14,876 nucleotides of DNA from an uncultured delta proteobacterium (lineage in GTDB: Bacteria; Desulfobacterota; Desulfuromonadia; Desulfuromonadales; BM103), in contig CAVQRZ010000024.1 in NCBI GenBank assembly GCA_963715335.1, positions 1 to 14,876 on the forward strand, written 5' to 3'. Both the position numbers and the translations under genes were made by a program. The notes under the pieces were generated by a model. That model had not been told where the DNA came from and did no database searches. It worked only from the letters and a program-made list of their open reading frames with translations. This document shows positions 8,753 to 14,876 of this stretch, one piece after another; position 1 is the stretch's first letter, and every line of letters starts with the position of its first letter.

Positions 8753-8920
8753 ATGAAAATTTACCTGATTGCTTTAATTTTTTTCCTGCTCGCATTTGCC
8801 GGGTTGGCCGCCGGCCTGCTGCTCAAGCGTAAAGGCCTGCGTGGCAGTTGTCGCCCTGGCCCGGATGCAGGTCATGACTGCCAATGTCACCCGGACAAGG
8901 CCGCCGGGAAAAAGTGTTGA
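8753..8920 (+). CDS. nqrM: NqrM-like (DUF539) Na+-NQR maturation protein
   Basis: 55 aa: hydrophobic helix (YLIALIFFLLAFAGLAAGLLL), basic KRK, LRGSC, then CQC and a terminal Cys; located at the end of the nqr cluster. Confidence 0.75.
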   Translation: MKIYLIALIFFLLAFAGLAAGLLLKRKGLRGSCRPGPDAGHDCQCHPDKAAGKKC

Positions 8921-9044
8921 GATCCCACCGCCCGTAGAACCAGGGACACTCAAAATAGATTGTCGCCGAATTGTGATAATGCCTGTTTAATCCCAGCCAC
9001 ATTACCATGTCGAACCTGGTGATCTTCCGTTCCAAGGCTTTTCG

Positions 9045-10652
9045 ATGACTGAGGTTTTGCTGCTCCAACCGCCAGCGCTCAAGCCCGCAGAACCTCCGCT
9101 TGCTTTGGCGATTCTGCTGGCACATCTGCGCGCCCAGGGATTGAGCGTCAGAGCGATTGACGCCAACCTGGCTGCCTACCTCTACCTGCTCGATGGCGAA
9201 CGTTTGGCGGATCAGGCCGGCGATGTGGTTGAGACCAATCTGCGCCGCGCCCTGCGTCATCGCTCCTCCTCGTTGTCGCTGCTGCGCTCGGCTGCGGCAA
9301 CTAAAAATTTTGCAAGGTACAACACCGCTGTCCACTATCTCAACCGGTTGCTGGCGCTGTGGAACCGCGGCGATGACAATGAGCGTCTGACCCTAGGCGA
9401 TTACCAGAATGCAAGCCTTTCCCCGTTCAATCCGGGAGATCTTGAACAGGTCGCCAGCGGTACCGCAGACACCCTCTTTGCTGCTTATTTCCGCGCAGAG
9501 TTGCTGTCGCAGGTTGTCGCGGAACAGCCGCGCATCATCGCCATCTCGATCAATTTTCTGCACCAGGTCCTGCCGGCCTTTGAACTGGCCGGGTTGCTGC
9601 GCCGCGCCTTGCCTGACGCTCTGCTGGTTGCCGGAGGCGGTTTGGTCACTTCCTGGCAAGAACCGCTGCGGCGTCTCGACCTGCGCATGTCACCCTTTGA
9701 TCGGTTGGTCTTCGGCCCCGGTGAAGCGATGCTGACCGCCCTGGCCAAAGGTGAGGCGGAAGAGAGTTACACCCTGGCCGACGCCACGACCATCAGTTTT
9801 GTTCCCGACTTCAGCTTTGCCAGGCTAGACGACTACTTTTCTCCGCAGCCGGTGCTGCCATTAAGCACCTCGCGCGGTTGCTACTGGCAGCGCTGTCTGT
9901 TTTGCCCCGAGGCTGCTGCGCCGGTCCATCCCTACACCGCCGCCCGCCCCGCCGACCTGCCGATGATGATGCACCAGATGGCAGACAGCTATGGCGTTCG
10001 CCATATCCAGCTCACCGATAATGCCGTTCCGGTGAATATGCTCAAGGCCATGGCTGAGCATGCCGAGACTTTGGCGGATCTCAACTGGTTTGGCTTTGTC
10101 CGTTTTGAGCCGATACTCGAGGATGCCGAGTTTGTTGCCCGCCTGGCACAAAGCGGGTGCCGCATGCTGCAGCTTGGGCTGGAGAGTGGTTCGCAGAGTG
10201 TGCTGGACCGGCTTGGGAAAGGGGTGTCTCTCGACGCTGTCGCTAAAATTCTGACCAACCTCGCGGCCGCAGGGATCGCCACTTTTGTCTACATCATGCT
10301 CGGAACTCCCGGTGAAACCGAGGCTGACGCCGAACAGACACTGGTTTTTCTCGAATTGCATGCGGCCGAAATCGGTTTCTTAAATCTTGCCATCATGAAT
10401 TTGCCGCGCGCGTCTGGATTGCTCGAAAATCCACAAGAGTACGGTATTGTCGCGACGGAGCCGATCGAAGCCGACAGCCCTCTTGGACTCTATCAGAAAT
10501 TTCATTCAGACGGCGATTGGAACCGGGCTGCCGCACGTCGCTTTCTCGAACAGCGCCTGCTAGGCTCAGCGGCGATCCGCGGGATCGTCAATCGCACGCC
10601 ACCGCTCTTTACGTCGAATCACGCGTTTTTCTTCAGTTGCTCAGGGCGCTGA
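9045..10652 (+). CDS. B12-binding domain radical SAM protein
   Basis: N-terminal LLQPP...PPLALAILLAHL...DAN, Rossmann-like IIAISINF...LVAGGG, cluster motif SRGCYWQRCLFC, GCRMLQLGLESGSQSVL, YIMLGTPGET. Confidence 0.9.
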   Translation: MTEVLLLQPPALKPAEPPLALAILLAHLRAQGLSVRAIDANLAAYLYLLDGERLADQAGDVVETNLRRALRHRSSSLSLLRSAAATKNFARYNTAVHYLNRLLALWNRGDDNERLTLGDYQNASLSPFNPGDLEQVASGTADTLFAAYFRAELLSQVVAEQPRIIAISINFLHQVLPAFELAGLLRRALPDALLVAGGGLVTSWQEPLRRLDLRMSPFDRLVFGPGEAMLTALAKGEAEESYTLADATTISFVPDFSFARLDDYFSPQPVLPLSTSRGCYWQRCLFCPEAAAPVHPYTAARPADLPMMMHQMADSYGVRHIQLTDNAVPVNMLKAMAEHAETLADLNWFGFVRFEPILEDAEFVARLAQSGCRMLQLGLESGSQSVLDRLGKGVSLDAVAKILTNLAAAGIATFVYIMLGTPGETEADAEQTLVFLELHAAEIGFLNLAIMNLPRASGLLENPQEYGIVATEPIEADSPLGLYQKFHSDGDWNRAAARRFLEQRLLGSAAIRGIVNRTPPLFTSNHAFFFSCSGR

Positions 10653-11582
10653 TTCGCCCGCCGTGGCGACATCTTCAATAAACTTCTCCATGTCGCTTGC
10701 CAGCGGTGCGCTCAAGGTGCTGAGAGTTTTCCGGATGGGATGGAAAAACTGCAGGCGATGACTGTGCAGCGCCTGCCGCCGCAGGGATGCCTGTGCGGGG
10801 GGGTGGTGAAGCCAGTCGAGATAGTCTCCGTCATTCATGGTGTAGAGGGCGTCACCGGCAATCGGATGGCCTATGGCCGCCAGATGGACACGCAGTTGGT
10901 GGGTCCGACCGGTTGCGGGCGATAACTCGAGCAGGGTCAATTCATCTGTGAGCGAACGGATGGTCTCGTAGTGGGTTACGGCTGCTTTCCCCTGGCTGCT
11001 GTCGATACCGTAACGGGGGACGAGGGCGCCTTTAACCGGGCCGATCGGTAAGTCGATGGTGCCCCTGGCGGGGGAAGGGCGTCCTGCTACCACGGCCAGG
11101 TAGTTTTTGACTACCAATCCTTTTTTGAACTGCTCCATCAGGCTGCTAAGCACTCCCTTGTCACGCGCCAGCAACACCAGGCCCGAGGTGTTTGCATCAA
11201 GCCGATTGACCAGGTTGACCTCCGGGTAGGCCGGCTCGTGAAGGTGGCGCAGGTGGTACGTCAGGTTGGATTTGACGAATTTGCCACGACTATGAACCCG
11301 CAGCCCGGCGGGCTTGTTGATCCCGATCAACCACGCATCTTCGTAAACGATGGTATAGTCCAGGTTGCTGGCAGGAGCTTCGAATTCAGGCATGTCGCAG
11401 CGGATGATGTCCCCTTTGGTCACCGTCGTTGCTGCATCGCACCGGGCGCCATGGCAGGAAATGCGCCCTTCCCGGATCAGCTGGCACCAGGCTGCTTCGG
11501 GCAAATAGGTAAAGCGGGTCGCCAGGTACACGGCAAGGTTCATCCCGCTGCAAGGTGCAGGGACTTTTGAAGAGACAATCAT
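10641..11582 (-). CDS. RluA/RluD-family pseudouridine synthase with S4-like N-terminus
   Basis: IVYED...INKPAGLRVH, VNRLDANTSGL (catalytic Asp), YLAVV, TGRTHQLRVHLAAIGHPIAGDALY, RQALHS. Confidence 0.95.
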   Translation of the reverse strand: MIVSSKVPAPCSGMNLAVYLATRFTYLPEAAWCQLIREGRISCHGARCDAATTVTKGDIIRCDMPEFEAPASNLDYTIVYEDAWLIGINKPAGLRVHSRGKFVKSNLTYHLRHLHEPAYPEVNLVNRLDANTSGLVLLARDKGVLSSLMEQFKKGLVVKNYLAVVAGRPSPARGTIDLPIGPVKGALVPRYGIDSSQGKAAVTHYETIRSLTDELTLLELSPATGRTHQLRVHLAAIGHPIAGDALYTMNDGDYLDWLHHPPAQASLRRQALHSHRLQFFHPIRKTLSTLSAPLASDMEKFIEDVATAGESAP

Positions 11583-11772
11583 GGTGAACCTTGTAGCGCA
11601 AGCAAAGGCATCTAATGCGCGATATCTTTTTTGTCGGATACTTTTATCAGACAGTCGAAATTGACCAGCAAAACGTCATGTCACAATTTCAGGGACGCCA
11701 TTGTACTAGAGAGACCGTTAAGTTTTTCTCCGCCCCAGCCCAAAAAACCCCATCTTTAAATTTACTTTGAGC

Positions 11773-13857
11773 TCAATCGCCCAGGTTGTCTGTACTCGCG
11801 CCCCCAGAGCGGAGGTGTTTTCGTGCTGCCACGATGGCTTCATGGGTCCCGGTAAACGCAAGGACGTCCCCGGTCCGCAGGATTTCCTGGGCTGACGGCG
11901 CAACGACGGGTCCGTCACTACGGGTAATGGCCAGGACCGAGGCGCCGGTCATTGCTCTCAGGTTAAGTTCGGCCAGGGTCTTGCCGATTGCAGACGAAGT
12001 GGAGTCAAGGCTTATTACGGTGAGTGCGCCGAGCCCGGGCAGCAATTGTTCAACCTGTCTTAAGTCTTTTGGGGCTAAAGATTCGCCACGGCTGCGAGAC
12101 TGTTTCGCCAGTGCGGCGACGATCACTTGACTGCCAGCACGAACGTGGCCCTCCAGATTGGTCGCACTGCGCCAGAAGGCGATGCCAAGAACAGCGATTA
12201 TCACCAGCAGCAGGGCGCTCGCCTCCCCCGCCGGGAGGAAAGGGCGAGTAAGTACCAGCAACGGGGCCCCGACTATGACAACTATGGCGATTTCAAGCGT
12301 GATTTCGAGTAGCCGACGTGGGGCATCAGCGAGATCGACGCGATTCGCGTCGCTGGCCGGCATAACCATCTCGGCCAAAGTCGCACCGAGCTTGCGGCCG
12401 AGTCGCACGACACCGAAGAAGAATGGCGCAAGCAATGTGATCGCCACAAGGATCAACAGAGGCCAAGCGACCAGTGAAGGTAACCCGACGTGTTCTTTTG
12501 CCAGAGTAATCAGTTGGTCGCTGAACGTAGTAAGGCCGGTTAAAATCAGCGCGAAGAGGGCCGCATCAATCAAAAGAAATACCAGCAGCCTGCGGAGGTT
12601 GGCGACTGTTCCCTGGGACCGTGGCGTAGTGCGCAACTTCTCGATCCAGCTGCCATAGAGCACGCTGAAGGTTTGCAATGGTCCGGGTAGCGTGCGGTCG
12701 ACCCAGCTGGCCACTGGGCCTGAGGCACGGATCAGCCACGGAGTGGTCAGGGTGGTCAGCGCCGAAACCACGATCGCCACCGGATAAAGGAAGCTTCCGG
12801 TGGCATCGAGAGTCAGCCCCAATCCTGCGATAATGAATGAGAATTCGCCTATCTGCGCCAAACTCATTCCCGACTGGATTGATGTGCGAAGCCGGCTCCC
12901 GGTTAAAAAGGATCCGACTGAGACGCCAACAACCTTGCCTACTACCACGACCAGGGTCAGCAACAGGATTGCCTGCCAGAACTGCATAACCTGTCCCGGA
13001 TCTATGAGCATCCCTACCGAAACGAAGAAAACTGCGGCAAAGATGTCGCGCACCGGCTCGACGAGTTTCTCGACTTTTTTCTCTTCCCCGGATTCAGCAA
13101 TGAGAGAGCCGGCAATAAAAGCGCCAAGGGCCACAGAGTAGCCGAAAGCCTGGGCGAGTAATGCAAAAGCAAAACAGATGCCGACGCTGGAGATAATAAT
13201 CGTTTCAGGACGGTTGAGTTGGATAATCAGTCGCATCGCCCTTGGGATTATGAGCAGTCCGATAGAAATCATGGCGACCAAAAAGCCGGCCAGTTTGACA
13301 ACCATGATCGACATTGGCCACGCTGTCAGGCCGCTGCCGGAGGCGATGGCAGTCAATGTCGCAAGTAACAGGATGGCGATCAAGTCCTCGACGATCAACA
13401 CACCCACCACCTTCTCGCGCAAGCGGCCGGTAACATTCTGCTCCTGGAAGGCCTTGGCAACGATGGTGGTACTGGAAATGGCGAGGACTGCTCCCGTAAA
13501 CAAGCTCTCAACGGTCGTCCAGCCGAACAGTTGGGCGACATTGAACCCTATCCACATCATTAAGCTGGTTTCGATCAAGGCGGTCAGCGTTGCGGTGGGG
13601 CCAACCGATGCCAGCTTGCGCAGACTGAATTCAAGGCCGAGGGAGAACATGACCAGAATTACGCCGATTTCGGAGAGAGTGTGCACAATGCTGCTGTCAG
13701 CGACCAGCGGAAACGGCACATGTGGTCCGATAATGAGCCCGGCCAGAATGTAGCCGAGGATGACCGGTTGGCGCAGTCGCTGGAAGACGACGGTAGTGAC
13801 CGCCGCAATGCACAGTACCACTGCCAGGGCACTCAGGAATTGGTGGGTGTCGTGCAT
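11773..13857 (-). CDS. CPA2-family cation:proton antiporter (Kef-like, probably K+/H+) with C-terminal TrkA-C/RCK_C domain
   Basis: QPVILGYILAG, FSLGLEFS, AISSTTI, LIVEDL, FFVSVGM, AQIGEFSFII; C-terminal GKTLAELNLRAMTGASVLAITR...GDVL; RBS AGGGGA. Confidence 0.93.
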   Translation of the reverse strand: MHDTHQFLSALAVVLCIAAVTTVVFQRLRQPVILGYILAGLIIGPHVPFPLVADSSIVHTLSEIGVILVMFSLGLEFSLRKLASVGPTATLTALIETSLMMWIGFNVAQLFGWTTVESLFTGAVLAISSTTIVAKAFQEQNVTGRLREKVVGVLIVEDLIAILLLATLTAIASGSGLTAWPMSIMVVKLAGFLVAMISIGLLIIPRAMRLIIQLNRPETIIISSVGICFAFALLAQAFGYSVALGAFIAGSLIAESGEEKKVEKLVEPVRDIFAAVFFVSVGMLIDPGQVMQFWQAILLLTLVVVVGKVVGVSVGSFLTGSRLRTSIQSGMSLAQIGEFSFIIAGLGLTLDATGSFLYPVAIVVSALTTLTTPWLIRASGPVASWVDRTLPGPLQTFSVLYGSWIEKLRTTPRSQGTVANLRRLLVFLLIDAALFALILTGLTTFSDQLITLAKEHVGLPSLVAWPLLILVAITLLAPFFFGVVRLGRKLGATLAEMVMPASDANRVDLADAPRRLLEITLEIAIVVIVGAPLLVLTRPFLPAGEASALLLVIIAVLGIAFWRSATNLEGHVRAGSQVIVAALAKQSRSRGESLAPKDLRQVEQLLPGLGALTVISLDSTSSAIGKTLAELNLRAMTGASVLAITRSDGPVVAPSAQEILRTGDVLAFTGTHEAIVAARKHLRSGGASTDNLGD

Positions 13858-13903
13858 GGTTCCCCTAGCATAAGCCTCTTAAGTGACAAAAAATATGTCC
13901 TCA

Positions 13904-13931
13904 ATTCTATGGTGAAAGTATAAACTGGCAA
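13904..13931 (-). promoter_or_regulatory. Candidate sigma70 promoter of the CPA2 gene
   Basis: Minus strand TTGCCA-16 nt-TAGAAT (5/6 match to consensus in each hexamer), about 45 nt upstream of the ATG. Confidence 0.5.
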
Positions 13932-13981
13932 ACAAAAAACCGCGACATCGAAAGGGTCAGGATTTCCCCGCACGATATCAC
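13930..13981 (-). terminator. Possible intrinsic terminator downstream of the RCK_C gene
   Basis: Minus-strand stem GUGAUAUCG/CGAUGUCGC (two G-U pairs, strand-specific) with a large structured loop, followed by GGUUUUUUGUUU. Confidence 0.45.
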
Positions 13982-14006
13982 CCCGCTATTTAATTCTCAA
14001 ACTTAT

Positions 14007-14033
14007 GGCCACCTGGCGGTGCATCAGGTGGCC
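14007..14033. repeat. Perfect 9-bp inverted repeat (hairpin)
   Basis: GGCCACCTG-gcggtgcat-CAGGTGGCC in the intergenic region. Confidence 0.8.
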
Positions 14034-14091
14034 GGTTTCTTGCGGGGCAGCGGATATGTAGACAGATTTTTTTATAATCGGACTTTTCGAT

Positions 14092-14697
14092 TTAAGCCTG
14101 AAACATTTTAACTGCGGTTTCGACGTCCTCTTGCTTACCAAGCAGGGTAACCCCATCTTCTGCCTGAAGCACGGTACTGCCGTCGGGTATGATCATTTCT
14201 TCTCCCCGCATGACATTAACAATCAGAGCCTCTTTGGGTAACTTTATCTCCTTTAGTTTCTTGTCAACAAAAGGTGAGGTGTCCTTGATGGTGACTTTTT
14301 GCATGGTCCCTCCACCGGCCTCCAGGTCTTCAGCGAGATCATGTGCAAAGGTCTCTTCTTCTCTGCCAATGTTATGCAGGGAAGCAAGCTGATCTTTTTC
14401 CGAATCGATGTCAGCCAGTTTTTTGTCATAGGAAGCGAGATTGTCAAAGTTGGCTTGTGCTGCTTTTTTCAAATCACCAAGCCGATTCTCTTTCTGCAGG
14501 TTGTGCAGCAGAGCTCCTAGTTCAAGGTGCTCATCTTCAATTTTTTTCAGAATATTGCGCCTTTCCCAGGTTAGCTGGGTGAGCTTTGAAGTGTATGTAG
14601 CTGTCTCAGCGGTTTTTTCGGCACCACTTTTGATGAATTCCCCGGTTTTTGAAGAAACATCGTGAATTCCATCGCGAATTTTTTCCCACAGTGTCAT
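14092..14697 (-). CDS. Coiled-coil protein fused to a C-terminal TrkA-C (RCK_C) domain
   Basis: 201 aa; RBS AAGGAG (14705-14710); C-terminus SPFVDKKLKEIKLPKEALIVNVMRGEEMIIPDGSTVLQAEDGVTLLG is a typical RCK_C; the first ~125 aa are charged and helical. Confidence 0.85.
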   Translation of the reverse strand: MTLWEKIRDGIHDVSSKTGEFIKSGAEKTAETATYTSKLTQLTWERRNILKKIEDEHLELGALLHNLQKENRLGDLKKAAQANFDNLASYDKKLADIDSEKDQLASLHNIGREEETFAHDLAEDLEAGGGTMQKVTIKDTSPFVDKKLKEIKLPKEALIVNVMRGEEMIIPDGSTVLQAEDGVTLLGKQEDVETAVKMFQA

Positions 14698-14876
14698 TAG
14701 TTGTCTCCTTATGTTGGTTATCTAAGTCAAAATTTTCATCTATCGGGATGAACTTCACATTTATTACCAATACATACGATATTAAATTATACACAATTTT
14801 CTTTGGATATTTGGAATCTAGGGTTGAAAACAGAATTTGCAAACGTGTGAGTCACATTAAAAATTGAGTGCCTGGC

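Noticed and set aside
8753..10652. Cys-rich small ORF as a RiPP precursor for the adjacent radical SAM enzyme
   Set aside because: The TM helix, GSC motif and position fit NqrM better; no peptidase, transporter or obvious precursor-recognition element is nearby.
13960..14055. c-di-AMP (ydaO) riboswitch suggested by CGCUG, UAGCGGGG and GGGUGA words
   Set aside because: The conserved GCUGAA and CAGCUAAC segments and the expected architecture are absent.
1..14876. CRISPR arrays, tRNA/rRNA genes, IS elements or prophage genes
   Set aside because: No periodic repeats, cloverleafs, transposase, integrase or phage motifs were seen; intergenic gaps are all under 400 nt.

Overview
Bacterial chromosomal window of moderately high GC, with an AT-richer right end. 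It is dominated by a complete, tightly coupled Na+-translocating NADH:quinone oxidoreductase operon (nqrA-F, 2443-8221). Where canonical nqr loci carry the flavin transferase apbE, this one has a ~152-aa protein with a ferritin/rubrerythrin-like four-helix pattern but degenerate iron ligands, followed by a short NqrM-like maturation factor. Left flank: a DUF309 protein, a signal-peptide-bearing MsrA with a likely terminator, and a CBS-pair protein. The CBS gene and nqrA share a duplicated upstream element (CAAAAATCAATAA-N10-GTTGG-N5/6-TCCCGA). Right flank: an orphan B12-binding radical SAM enzyme, a convergent RluA-family pseudouridine synthase, a Kef-like CPA2 antiporter with extra membrane helices and an RCK_C domain, and a coiled-coil/RCK_C fusion protein. 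No RNA genes, CRISPR arrays or mobile elements were seen. All calls come from motif recognition by eye; no searches were run.
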